The notes under the pieces are model-generated. The model saw nothing but the letters and a program-made list of their open reading frames with translations, was not told where the DNA came from and made no database searches. 64,000 nucleotides of DNA from Mizuhopecten yessoensis (taxonomy: Eukaryota), in NCBI RefSeq assembly GCF_002113885.1, contig NW_018406002.1:353958-417957 (forward strand), written 5' to 3'. The first letter of the stretch is position 1. Each line of letters begins with the position of its first letter. Made by a program: the position numbers and the translations under genes. This document shows positions 52,143-64,000 of the stretch, piece by piece.

Positions 52143-54630
52143 ACAGATATCAACTTTTATTATCAAAACGCCAAAAGTGTGGCAAACAAATTACAAACTA
52201 TGAACTCCAACTTCTGTCCTTCAGACTTTGACATTATAGCTTTGACAGAGACATGGTTACATGATGGTGTTTTTAGCAGTGAATTATTGGATCCGGATCA
52301 TTTTAACATTTTTAGGAACGACGGAAATTCGTCCAATTCCATGAAATCGAAAGGCGGAGGTGTGTTATAAGCTATAAATACAAAGTTTCAGTGTACCCTC
52401 AGAACCGATTTACAAACTGACTGTGAGGTAGTATGAAATATCCACAAATAAAAGTAAACTTTTTGTGGCTTCCTTTTACCTTCCGCCCGACTGTCCACCT
52501 GATTATATTAATGAATTCGAGCGATCAATCGAATTATTAATGGACAGTATTGGTGAGAAAAGTGACATTTTAATAGTAGGAGACCTAAATTTCCCCGGTA
52601 TCCAATGGTTACAGGACCCTACGGAACCCCGTTTGGTGCCCCAATGTGTTAAAGATAACGCCAGGTATACAGCGATACTGAACGCCGTTAGTGAACGTGA
52701 TTTACACCAATATGTACCGAGTCCGACCAGGCGTGACACCATACTCGACTGGGTCCTGGGCTCTCTGGACACGGTAGCACTCTCGGTGTATGACACGATT
52801 TTGGAATCCGACCATCTAGCCATCTCGGGGAGCCTCAACATATCCGATGCGGCGCGTTATAGTAATATGGACCGTACAGCTTTTAACTATAAACGTGCAG
52901 ACTTTATAGCCATGCAATGTATTTTCTCAAACACTGACTGGTCTTTTATTTTAAATTCTGAAACAGTGAATGGTGCGTTTTACCAACTACATGAAGTACT
53001 CACTACAACTATCAAGACATGCGTCCCCATGATTAAATTAAGAAAACGATGTTTACCAACATGGTATGACAATAACCTTATAGCAATGGTTAAAGAGAAA
53101 GAACGTGCGTACAAAGTCTCTGTCAAGGCCGGTAAACGACGTGATTCTCCTGAGTATGCTATTTTTTCTTCTCTACGGCAGGAGTTCAAATCAATCCAAA
53201 CATCGAAATACTATGATTTTATCACCAATGTTGAACATTCTGTAAAAGACAATCCCAAACGTTTTTGCGAATTTGTGAAAGGAAAGCGGAAGGAGGGGAC
53301 TGTCCCGGACTCGGTTTCGGACTGTTCATCGTCGTCTTCCAACAATGTTGAATCTGCAGACATGTTTAACTCTTTCTTCAAAAGTGTGTTCTGTATGGAC
53401 GACGATTGTGATCTTCCTCAAATATATGTAAAAAATAAATTTGACTGCTCGCTAAGCACAATTGATTTGAATTGTACTGCTGTTCAGAAGGCACTTACAC
53501 AAATAAATGTGAAAAAAGCTTGTGTCTACGACAACATATCTGGCGTAGTTTTTAAAGAGTGTGTTGATGAGTTATATGTACCACTGTGAAACATTTTTAA
53601 CCGTTCATTGCACGATGGTATCTTTCCAAGTATTTTTAAAAGGGCTAATGTTATTCCCATTTTTAAATCTGGTAAACGTAATGAAGTCTCAAATTACAGA
53701 CCAGTATCTGTATTACCAATTATATCTAAAGTTTTCGAAAAACTGGTTGACGTACATTTTTTCTAATTTTATAAATCCGCTTATCTGCGATGAGCAACAT
53801 GGTTTTATGCCAAAACGGTCTACTGTTTCAAACCTGGCATGTTTCAACGATCAGATTTCCAAAGCCTTTGATAAAAAAAGTAGAATTACATGCTGTATAT
53901 ACTGATTTTTCAAAGGCATTTGACAAAGTAAACAACAGATTATTATTGCATAAGTTAAAATTGTATGGTGTAGAATGTAGCATTTTAGATTGGCTTGCTA
54001 CTTATTTGAAAGACACATTGAAGCGTGTTACTGTCAATGGGGCAACATCCGGTTGGTGTGATGTAATTTCCGGTGTGCCTCAAGGTTCGATACCTGGACC
54101 TCAACTTTTCCTTATTTTTATCAAAGAACTGCCATCTATTCTTAAATTTTCTGAATCTCTTATGTTTGCCGACGACAGCAATTTTTTTTAAGTGTGTAAG
54201 AACGTTGTCTGAGTGTGAGCAGCTACAGAGCGATATAGATAGAATGTATGATTGGTGCACTGCGTGGAAAATGAAAGTGAATGTAAAGAAGTGCTGCCAG
54301 GTCATTTTTACAAACAAGAAGAAATGTATGAATTTTAATTACACTATGAACGGTGACAACCTGAAGAATGAATGGTGTGTGAAAGATCTTGGTGTTTGGC
54401 TGACCTCTTCAATGAGTTTTAGTACCCACATAAGACGTACAGTTTCCAAAACAATGCGAATGCTAGGTTTTATAAAACGTACATGTACAAGTTTTAAACA
54501 AATACCTGTCTTAAGGTCTCTATATATAAGTCTTGTGAGGAGTCAGTTAGAATACTGTTGTCAGATCTGGTCTCCTTACCAAACATCTTTAATTCACCAG
54601 GTCGAAGTTGTCCAGCGCAAAGTTTTGAAA

Positions 54631-57600
54631 GGGCCGGTTTCCAAAACGGTCCCTTCTCTGATTCAAATTTCCTGTTGGTGGTGCATTGCCCATGCCGTTG
54701 TGGTCACAAATCTATAAAATATAAAGATTTAGGTCACTTGGTTTGTTTTTTATGGCTCCTCAAAATTGTACCTTTCAGAAGCTGTCTAAGTGTTGATAAA
54801 ATGTGCATGTTATGTAAAATATTAATGAAAATCTAATCAAATGATGGTCACCGTAAAGAATACATTCATGGCATGATTGTGACAAAAAATCATGTTTCCA
54901 TCGCGCCATTTGGCTGTTTTATGGAAGAAACAATCTCAAAAATGCCATTTTCGATGATAACATTTTAGACACAAAAACTGTGTTTTTTAGAGAATACACC
55001 CTTTTATGGGCGTTGGATGCAAACCAATTTTTATCCTATTAAACAGTACGTAATATGCTATTGATGAGAGGAAAAATCATCAAAATGTAAGTGGTGGAAC
55101 ATTTTCAAATGTTGGGTTGAATTAGCCTATGGTTGAATTGCCGATTTTCGACTTTCTTTAGATAATTAACAAAAAAACGAGAGTATTTGCTCGGTATGTT
55201 GAGAATATGTACACAGATATGAAAAAAAGTGAGAGAAACACTTTTTCATAAAAAAAATCCAAGATGGCTACTTCACAAGTCCCCGTGGTTGAAGACATTG
55301 GCTGACAAATAGACAGAACAACAAACAAAACGTGTTCCTTATGATTTTGGTTGGTTTTCGCATTTACGGGAGTGTTCATAGCTACGGGCGATTGTATAAT
55401 ACCTATATTTATAAGTTTGGTTAGTCACATGGTAACGGGGATCTTTCATATCGAGCCCCAAACATACTTTCGACATATGCACTCCGTTGCCGCATGGAAA
55501 ACTATTTCAAGTTTTGTCGGAATTTCTTTACCTGTGGTTGTAATGGTCGAGGGTTTTCCAGCGTCCTGTAATACCCAAGGTAGTACAAGATACTGGAGAT
55601 GTGCGCACACATTCCCATCGTTCTCTCTCCAACTGGGCACTGGCAGTAGTAGTCCTTTATTGGGGCCTCAACATCGGGTGAAACGGTGAACCGTATCCAA
55701 ACGTTATATTTCGTTTGGCTTTTGTGTCGAGAATGTATTTGACATCGGAGAAGGTCTGGGGAGTGCTGGTAAAGCCACACCTCATAGTCTCCGTCATCAC
55801 TTAAATGTTCGGCGATGTAACCAGGAGCCAGAGATATCTGATACGTTCCACACGTAATGGTTCTCAAGTAATCAAGATCGAGACGGGGAAACAGTACGGA
55901 AGATGCATCCATCTTGACAAACTCGGACCTTGCCCGTCTAGATAGATCCGGATCTGTCTTGACTCTCTGAGCTAAACCATTCGGTGTTGTCAAACGGTCC
56001 TTCATACGTTCAGCCATTAGCCTATCTTTGGCATCTCTCTCTGGAGATCTCTGGTAGATCGGTCCTCTAATACCATTCAGACAGGCTGTGACGGTTCGAA
56101 GCAAAGCCTCGATGACATTGATAAAGCTGTTAGACACCAATTGCGTTCGGAAGAACGTCCAGTGTTTCAGACGACCATGATAGGATTCCACAATCCACCT
56201 CGATTTGGTGATAGTTCTGTCAAGATTTGCTTGGACGTCAGAATGTTGACTTTGACCGGGTTTCAGGTATGACGGCATGCTAGCATTGAGGCCAGAGGCT
56301 TCGAGAACTGGTAGGACATCTCTAAAACCTCGGTCAACGACAACGTTGTCGTCTGGTTGTAGCCAAGTAACTAGCTTGTCCATGACTTTTTTTGTAATTG
56401 TAGCATCATTTTCGCTGCCAGTGAATGGTCCTACTGTGTCCAGAATGTAGCCATCTGGTAAGGCGATGCTCATGAATTTGAGATAGTTTCTCTTCTTCTG
56501 GCCACAGTAGGACATTCTCTGGAGCTTGTGGTCGGAGCTTTTCTGGATATAAATATAGGTGCCATCTAATATGGCAGTGGCTTTATCTCCAAAAAATGCT
56601 TCTGAAAAGACAGTATTGTGCCCGAGCAACTGTTCTCTTGTCAAGTGATCCGGACCTAGAAATTGTGGGACTATCGATGTGTCTAATGCCTGTACTATGG
56701 AGTGGAAAGTTTTGGACACACTTGACTTGGAAATTCCAAAAAGAGAAGAACACTGACTCCAGGAAATGTCGGTTTTCAGTTTTACCCAGAACAGTAATAG
56801 AGCATCGTGTGCAGTCATGGTATATATACCAAATGAAAGATATGGGGAACAGTGCGGGTGGATTTCGAGGAACTGATCTTTGGACCAACCTGTCCAGGCC
56901 ATGCATGCCGAGTCATCAAGAGAAGAAAAGCTTATTGTAAACGCAGACTGGTTCTGTGAAAGGACGTGCGACACCTCTAGGAGGTCATTAATGATTTCGG
57001 ACGATTTTGATGGTAACTGAGATTCCAAGGAACCTCTACCATCAAGGACAACCTCTGTAGACGGATCTAAGTCGTTACCAATAAGGTGAATGGAGCAGAC
57101 GCGGGATGAGGTGGGACACCACAGTTTGTGTGAATAGATCAGGTGATGTCTTGCACGTTTTGGTAAGACTGATGATTTTGTTCCATTTCTTGCAAAGGTA
57201 ACAAGACAGAGACAGCATTTTTTGTGTGAAGATGATCCATTCAAAAGATCATGAAGGGTCAGCAACGGCAGGATATGGGACGGGGAGTCGTCTTCTTCCT
57301 CTATTTCCTGGTTCTGCTCGGGTTCAGGTTCAGGCTGATTTTTGTTCCGAAGATACTTCATGTAGCACTTCTGGCAAATAAGTGCTTGTTCCTTTGCTGA
57401 CATCAATCCTTGTTGCACCAGCGTATCTAGGAGCCATTTATATTGTGGACTATTTACATTGCGTGCACTTCTGTTCTTATTGCCACTACGTTTCTTGAAG
57501 TATACTTGACACCCTTCTCCAACACATTTACCCTCCATCTTGAAACAATAACGATTGGTTTATGAAGCGTCGATAAAGTAACAAAATAGCAAGCCACCGA

Positions 57601-58703
57601 TGATTGCTGTAAACAGCTAATACTTAGTAGTTTGGTACAATTATGCGAAAATGTGTGATAAATAACGAACAACTAATTACACAAAATAACAAGACAATAT
57701 AATAAATCACATTCAATACCTCCAAGAAGCGCAGAATTGATTGATTACTTAGAACAAAATAAAGTATTTCATATGGATAATCTATCTATTCGATGTGGCG
57801 TGGTCGGCAGGCACAAAGAAAGTGAGACAAGTCAGGGTCCCAACCCTGACAGAGCCACAACGCTTTGGAGATGGGACAATAAAACAAGGAAAGTGAGACA
57901 AGAATAGCTAGCGTCGAGTCAATGATTCCGTAAACGTATAGACAAAGACAAGAAGATACGGATAAATGTACAAGGCCACACGATCAGAAAATTCAGAAGA
58001 GGACAACTTGAGATAGAACAGTATTCATGTATCAGGGTGTCCTCAGTGTAAATCTTTATATCGATACTGTTTATTTAGTCGTTACACATCATAAAACTGT
58101 CATGAAAATATCCGCTCTGATATTCAATATAAAAGTTTGTATATAATAAGCTATATAATAGGGTTTCAGACAAGGTTGTTACTCATTTCCCCTTTTCTTT
58201 CAATTTACAACCACATTCAGGCGGCGATATGAGAACGTTCCACCACATGGAATTAGCTGATTTTTGGTACACATATGAAACAAGTAAAGCTCTATCCGAT
58301 TTTCTGATGGAAATTTGCATCCAAAACTATATAACGGGAGAAAATTGCAATTTTATGGCATTTTTCTTCATAATTGTGTCTCTGCAAGTGCATTTTCATC
58401 CGAGAAATTTTTTTTTTTATGTTTTATGAATAAACACGATGTTTTGGAAATATTTATCAAAAGAAATTTATACTATGTTGCGAATTACAATTTCGAGATA
58501 ACCTTCTTTTATTTACGAACTTATGTCTTTGATGCTGAAATTGACAACTTTATAAAAATACATTTTCACTGAAATTATGAAATCTGGGTGTCGGAAAGGT
58601 GTAAAATTATTCTTCGGAAAAGAAAAAAACAGTAGTTGAGCTAGATAAGAAATTATACGAGGGCAGGCTCCTATGGAGAATTAACATTACTGGAAACAGG
58701 CCC
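54631..58703 (-). mobile_element. Autonomous-looking PIF/Harbinger-ISL2EU-Spy (PHIS) group DNA transposon, 4073 bp, no TSD, target AAA|TTT
   Basis: TIRs GGGCCGGTTTCCA (54631-54643) and TGGAAACAGGCCC (58691-58703), 12/13 matching. Flanks are ...ttgAAA and TTTtta.... Removing the element restores the LINE frame. Confidence 0.93.
55502..57538 (-). CDS. 678-aa DDE transposase (DDE_Tnp_4/IS5-ISL2-like) with two N-terminal Cys/His zinc-binding modules, an HTH and a C-terminal SWIM finger
   Basis: Uninterrupted ORF. Catalytic motifs ILDGTY, VVDRGF and RWIVES. HTH region TGWSKDQF...LFWVKLKT...LFGISKSSVSKTF. N-terminal CxxxxC...CQKC and CCLC...RVCSIH. C-terminal YCQCPVGERTMGMCAH (CxCxnCxH). Confidence 0.93.
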   Translation of the reverse strand: MEGKCVGEGCQVYFKKRSGNKNRSARNVNSPQYKWLLDTLVQQGLMSAKEQALICQKCYMKYLRNKNQPEPEPEQNQEIEEEDDSPSHILPLLTLHDLLNGSSSHKKCCLCLVTFARNGTKSSVLPKRARHHLIYSHKLWCPTSSRVCSIHLIGNDLDPSTEVVLDGRGSLESQLPSKSSEIINDLLEVSHVLSQNQSAFTISFSSLDDSACMAWTGWSKDQFLEIHPHCSPYLSFGIYTMTAHDALLLFWVKLKTDISWSQCSSLFGISKSSVSKTFHSIVQALDTSIVPQFLGPDHLTREQLLGHNTVFSEAFFGDKATAILDGTYIYIQKSSDHKLQRMSYCGQKKRNYLKFMSIALPDGYILDTVGPFTGSENDATITKKVMDKLVTWLQPDDNVVVDRGFRDVLPVLEASGLNASMPSYLKPGQSQHSDVQANLDRTITKSRWIVESYHGRLKHWTFFRTQLVSNSFINVIEALLRTVTACLNGIRGPIYQRSPERDAKDRLMAERMKDRLTTPNGLAQRVKTDPDLSRRARSEFVKMDASSVLFPRLDLDYLRTITCGTYQISLAPGYIAEHLSDDGDYEVWLYQHSPDLLRCQIHSRHKSQTKYNVWIRFTVSPDVEAPIKDYYCQCPVGERTMGMCAHISSILYYLGYYRTLENPRPLQPQVKKFRQNLK

Positions 58704-60870
58704 TTTTTATGTTTTAAGGCACACGTTGACTACAATTCCATGTCTTACGCTGACACTTGTAGGCATTTTAATCTTCCTAGCCTCGAACATAGGCGGGCAT
58801 TTTTAGACTGTGTATTTCTTTACAAATGTGTTAATAGTGCTTTTGATTTTCCATATTTAGTCAAGCAAATGTGTTTTAGTCCCTGGTCGTAATCTACGAT
58901 CAATTCGTTTTAACCAGTTTTACTGCCAGAGAAGTTGAATAAACGTTAGAAAGTATACTATTTCAAACAGGATTCAAAGTAATTTTAACTATCTTGTTTT
59001 TGCACCAGACTGTGATATGTTTTGTTTTTATCTCGCCGTGTTCAAAGTACGGTTAAAGAATATTTGCTATTCCTAATTCCTTTTGTTTTACATATGAGTA
59101 TCTTTTAGTGTGTGTTACATGCATAACTGACTGTGATATTTAATACTTGTGTTGTAATGTTTTTTTTTCCATTCTGTTAGTGGACCCTTGGGTCTGTTGA
59201 ATTGGAAATAAATAAATAAATAAAAATAAATAAATCATCAGAGTTCAGTTTGAACAACAGTAGTATACATGTAATGAATGAATGATTCAGTCCTTACATG
59301 ACGTAATGCTAGGTATAATAAGGAGGTAAGTTGTAATTGTATTCTGAAAACCCTGTGTATTACATTGATTTACAGTCAGTAGATGGTAATGAATCTTTGA
59401 GGATATGATGATCTATATGCTATGTTAAGCATGCCTATGTGTCATCACTTTGTCCTAATTAAAATATCTCTCACTTTGGTTCTATCTTTGCTACATCGAC
59501 GTCTCTTTTGTGGTTCATCGCCTATATAAAATGACGTTTCTCCTAATTACAAGACTGTAGTATTGGAGAACTATTGATGTCCTCACGAGAATGAGTTCTG
59601 CGGATTCAACAGATATCTTTGTGGTTTTTGTGGTTACCAGAATCGTTTAGATATACTGACTCCGCAATACAATAGGAACAGTAATCAAGAAATGGCAAAT
59701 ATCGATTTGTTTTCTACTTAACTTCGTTGTCGTTGTAATCAGAAAATTGATTTTCCTTTTCTCTTGAACTTCCTGTTCTTGTACATCATCAGTATCTGTA
59801 TCTCTAATCTTTTGTTTTTAATATGTCGATTCGCCGTCTTTCTGTTGCATTGTTGAAATAGATAAAAACGTAACATCGACCGACTCAGGATTGCTATTTA
59901 ACGGTTCGCGTCCATTCACATTCAAATAATTAAGGGTACATATGATTTGTGTCATCCTTACATTATTTCTTAGTTGATTAATTTATAACGTGAGTTTTAT
60001 CCTGTAAATGCATGTATATGTGTGTACCTTTCAATCGTATCAACAACAGATGTGTATTTTTCAAATGTGTCATCAATTTTCGTGTACCTTTTTTTATTTT
60101 TCAACAATTCCAGTGTTTCTATGTTTGTAACACCAACTGATATTGTAAATCACTTAATTAAGCGATTGTTCTTCACATAATACATTTACGATGTCTCGAA
60201 AGCACAAAAGGACCGCGACACCCATTTGCTCCTTTCTCAGAAATGTATATAGTAACTTGTCTTCTTGTACAAGACGTATTACACACAGTGAGATAACATA
60301 TAATCCTAATGCATGTTGTTATCATTAAAACCCTTAATGTTAAACTCAGTTCTGATGTGTCACATGTGGCTTTAGGAGAGAGATTTCCAAGCAGTTGAAA
60401 AGAAATGTGTTGTTACACAAAAAATATCTGTTTTTAATTACTGTGACGTCACAACTAAGGCCACTCAAATATAGAGTATTCTCTATTTTCATAAGTCACC
60501 GTGTATAATAAAACCGTACTGATAAACACACATCTGATACGTATTTATCTATGTTATGTAAATAGGGAACGAACATTTATACACGAATACGCCTATTGAA
60601 GCACATTGACAGAAATGAAAATGGCAAAATATGCTTTCTCTGTTACCCTAGCGTAATGCAGATAGAACTTGGAAACATACATTATGACATTACCTCAGAT
60701 TTCGATGGGAGAAGTCATGTGCAAAAAGAACTCTGAATATTAAAAAAATTGCAACTGCTAAAGGATATTGCTTTCAATCATCCAATTATCGAAATATCTA
60801 AATTTTAATTATTGAAATTACCACCCCTACGGTGTCAGAGAAATCTAAATTCTCGGAGTGGGGTTCTTGA

Positions 60871-61630
60871 ATGTCTAACCCTCGGCTAGAAGAAAACGTT
60901 TTGACAATCAAGTATGTCAAGGTTGGTGTTACGATTTCTTTTACATACTGTGGTCTTCCAAGATCATTGTGGATTCAAAAAATCAAACTTGTGCGACCAG
61001 ATACTCCTATTGGCTCAAACTCAAACTCTAGACTTCGCAATTTACATTTTGAAAATAATATATGCAAACAAGTTATCTGACTACACCAAGGAAAATAGTC
61101 ATTCTGAATTTGAGAACACTGAAAACATTCCCTGTGAGGATACATCATGTATATCTACTACTATTAGTTCCTTGTCTTAAAAGGAGAGTTCTGAACCACA
61201 GACATACTGGTTATCCAAATTATGCATTTTTACTGTTTTTTACTACTTTTTGCAAGCATGGTGCAGAAAAGTTGACCTACTGGGAAGGGGGAAAAAGAAC
61301 TCCACTACCTGCAAAAGACAGAAAATATTCCACCCAAAAATTGAGAAACCTGGGAAGAAAAGGAGCCAGACAAAGGCTTCACTGTTGGAGATTTACTTGC
61401 TTCATATATAGGTCTAAATATGCCACCATTTGTATGATCTAGTTGTCAGATGAGTGTACAGGAGTCAACAAATAGCTGCTCCGAGGATTGTTGTTGAAAT
61501 GAAAATGGAACAAATCAAGAACTTCAAGATATTACAATCTTTGCTACCACTTACTGAAGTTCATTTAGCTGAACAAATAATTATGATATGTTGTGCCATG
61601 ACAAATGTGTACAAGCTCTTACTGAAGTGA
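60871..61630 (+). pseudogene. Internally deleted THAP-HTH-DDE ISL2EU-type transposase relic
   Basis: THAP-like RSLWIQKIKLVRP...SRLRNLHFE, then HTGYPNY...EKLTYWEG...KPGKKRS. This joins at ~61366 directly to DKGFTVGDLL...LNMPPF...IAAPRIVVEMKMEQIKNFKILQ..LP...EQII.ICCAMTN. The middle of the DDE domain is missing. Confidence 0.75.
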
Positions 61631-63479
61631 ATTATACTGTCTGCAATGTCCTGTACTTAAGATTTCAAGATTACTTCATTTACAGGATCATGTGTAAAAT
61701 GTACATATAAATATACTGTACAGATATGAAACCAGTACACTACTGTAATGATTTTGTTCAACAAAAATCACTTGAATATTTTGAATGGACAGATTTTCAG
61801 TTGACCCTTGACATTTAGTAATTTCAAATAATAATTTCCCTAGTCAAACACATTCTAAATAGACATATCTTTGCAAACCTTAGACTCAAAGCTCATTGTT
61901 GTGTCTACTGATGTCCTAGATGGCTCAGGTATATAATGTTAAATTAATTGTGTATCAGTACATGTATACATGTACATTTGCATTCCATTAGACCGTGCAA
62001 AGTAACTATAACAATGTTGACTTATGTGTGATGTTTGTAATAGGTTTTGGGATGTTAAAATTTCAAAACACTTGATGGTTGTATTGTCTGTTTCAACAAC
62101 TATTGGTAAAACTAATATGTATGTTTTTATAGAGTTAAAGTTACTAGGTATGTACAAAGGTTTGAAAAATGAAATAACTGGAAATAACTGATAAAGTATT
62201 TTCATACTTTGTTATAAATATATATTGAGAAGCAGACCATATAAGAGAATGATGTTATCACAATATTGATTAAATACCTTTGAGAAGTCAAAATTGAAAA
62301 TGAAAATAGTTAAGCATCAATATTGAAGAACTAGACACATTTTAAAATGAGTGTTTGTCCAATGTTTAATTGAAACCAAAAAAACCCACTAAATGACTAA
62401 AATGTATGTGTAACTCAGGTAGTTTCAGATATTGACAAACCCGTGTTTAATGTTATTAGAGGGACACAGAACTTTGTATGTAATAACTTATGAATTACTT
62501 TTTTCTTATCATGTGTGATTTCTCATTTCATCTTAGTTATTATAATGTATATTGTTATTGTGTGTTATGAAATGTGTAAAAAGTGTATATATAACATCCA
62601 TGATAGATTTTTTTCATTTCAGCAAATAAATTTTAGGAAATGAGTCAAGACATCTATAACCAGAATTAATTATGTTTTCATTCAATTTTTCATATTGATG
62701 TTTTTGGATATTTAATTCCTGGACTCTTTCTTTTGTGTGACTTGGCTTACTTTTTGAGAACCTTTGATATCTCTTAGAGAAATTAGTGAGCTCATCAAAA
62801 TGGATAATTTTATATTGATGACAAATATGTTAAATGTGTGCATATTTCAAAGTTGATATGTGTATTTTCTTGTACGTCACTACATGTTATGAACTGAGTT
62901 TAAACATCAATAAATATATGTATACACTTGACAAGTTGTACTTAGTTCAGCTGTTTGAGTGGAAAGAAAAGTGCATGACTCCTCTGGAACTTGTATGGTT
63001 GAACTGTGCTGTACATGTAAAATCACAGTTGCCAGTTGTTAAAAGTGCATCAGCTTCTCATAATTGTTCTGAGCAAGAATTGGGATATAAATAAAGGTTG
63101 CCTTTCATTCAAATTGTCCCCTCCACAGATTTTAGATATTACATTTGTCTATGGATGATTACAGAAGCAACTGTGAATCACACAGTTACATACATTTTGA
63201 CATGTACATATAATTTTCTGTTCAACAATTAGTAATGATTCAATAAATATCTATTAACTTGGATATCAAAATATTTTCTTGCTCAGATCACATTTTATTT
63301 TTTAACAAATGACTAAAATACACACACTTTACTGTCACAGTACATATAAACAAATATGCATGTTTAAAACTAAAAATACCCCAAATTCACCTTTAAAGTC
63401 ACTGATTATAATAGCTTTATGCTGTGTGACGTATATCAGTTAAGCATAATATTTGTAACTAACCTCTGTGTTTTGTTAC

Positions 63480-63507
63480 NNNNNNNNNNNNNNNNNNNNN
63501 NNNNNNN
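63480..63507. other. Assembly gap (N run)
   Basis: Run of N bases. Confidence 0.99.
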
Positions 63508-64000
63508 CAAGAAGACCTTTAATTTGACTTCAGTATCCACGGTTATGTGCGTCGCCGGCAAACACTATAGTACAGGTGTGTCACTTATGATTACGTTATG
63601 GGCTGATCACTCAGACACATAACATATCTCTAGGCCCTGGAGTAGAGGGATCTATTTCCCAAGTCGGTGTTTAGACGGTTAACTTACAGGACAGGGGTTC
63701 GTTACAAAAGTCTGAAATACACATATGCTACTGATATGAATAACAACACAAAGTTTATGTGTGCTATGACCCATATCAGTACAGCATGATATATGTGTAT
63801 TTCAGACATTTGTAACGAATCCCTGTGGTTACTGTACAGCAGGAGATTCTCTCGAGAAAAATGTTGACAAATGTAACAAAACGATTACATGTCTGCTAAT
63901 ACAAAGCGAATATAAGCAACACAAAACATTTAACCATTTACACACAAACACCTACATGATGATAATGGTGATTAAACAAAGACGTTAATAGTCACGCAAT

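Larger units (their letters stand above)
51894..59235 (+). mobile_element. CR1-group non-LTR retrotransposon (2A-APE-RT), decayed, interrupted at 54630/58704; 5' boundary uncertain
   Basis: APE motifs YYQNAKS, DIIALTETWL, GGGVL, FYLPP, IVGDLNFP, PTRRDTILDWV and SDHLAI. RT motifs NYRPVSVLP, QHGF, YTDFSKAFDKV, SGVPQGS, FADD and KDLGV. Several stops and frameshifts. The 3' end has a hairpin followed by an (AAAT)n tail at 59206-59235. Confidence 0.93.

Noticed and set aside
55351-57672. Second (accessory) ORFs in the DNA transposon
   Set aside because: The short ORFs overlap the transposase antisense or out of frame and show no Myb/SANT or YqaJ motifs.
54628-58706. Alternative boundaries that place AAA/TTT inside the TIRs, or a 2-3 bp TSD
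   Set aside because: No shifted boundary yields a direct repeat in the flanks. Keeping AAA and TTT in the LINE gives the expected VQRKxLKFL motif.

Overview
AT-rich animal genomic DNA, probably from a lophotrochozoan such as a bivalve mollusc (inferred from the repeat families and the GPCR type). The only clear host gene is an orexin/allatotropin-type class A GPCR on the + strand. Its last four coding exons (10810-11182, 27528-27672, 28240-28358, 37993-38231) splice in frame; the exons for TM1-2 probably lie upstream of the window. The rest is mobile DNA and tandem repeats. (1) A decayed single-ORF CR1-group LINE (~51.9-59.2 kb) carries a virus-like 2A/StopGo motif (GNVEINPGP) just before its APE domain. 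(2) Nested in the LINE is an intact 4073-bp DNA transposon (54631-58703) with 13-bp TIRs and a 678-aa zinc-finger/HTH/DDE/SWIM transposase. It is inserted exactly at AAA|TTT with no target-site duplication, shown by in-frame restoration of the LINE ORF. (3) A Crypton-type (DUF3504-related tyrosine recombinase) element has a two-pair inverted-repeat architecture. (4) There are three relics of Penelope-like elements (PLEs), one of which appears to have seeded a 33/40-bp satellite. (5) Also present are an internally deleted THAP-ISL2EU relic, several MITEs and nested inverted repeats, SINE fragments, satellites with 72, 52, 43 and 38/76-bp units, and an unidentified spliced minus-strand gene remnant at ~42-44 kb. 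All family assignments come from motif recognition by eye; no database search was run.
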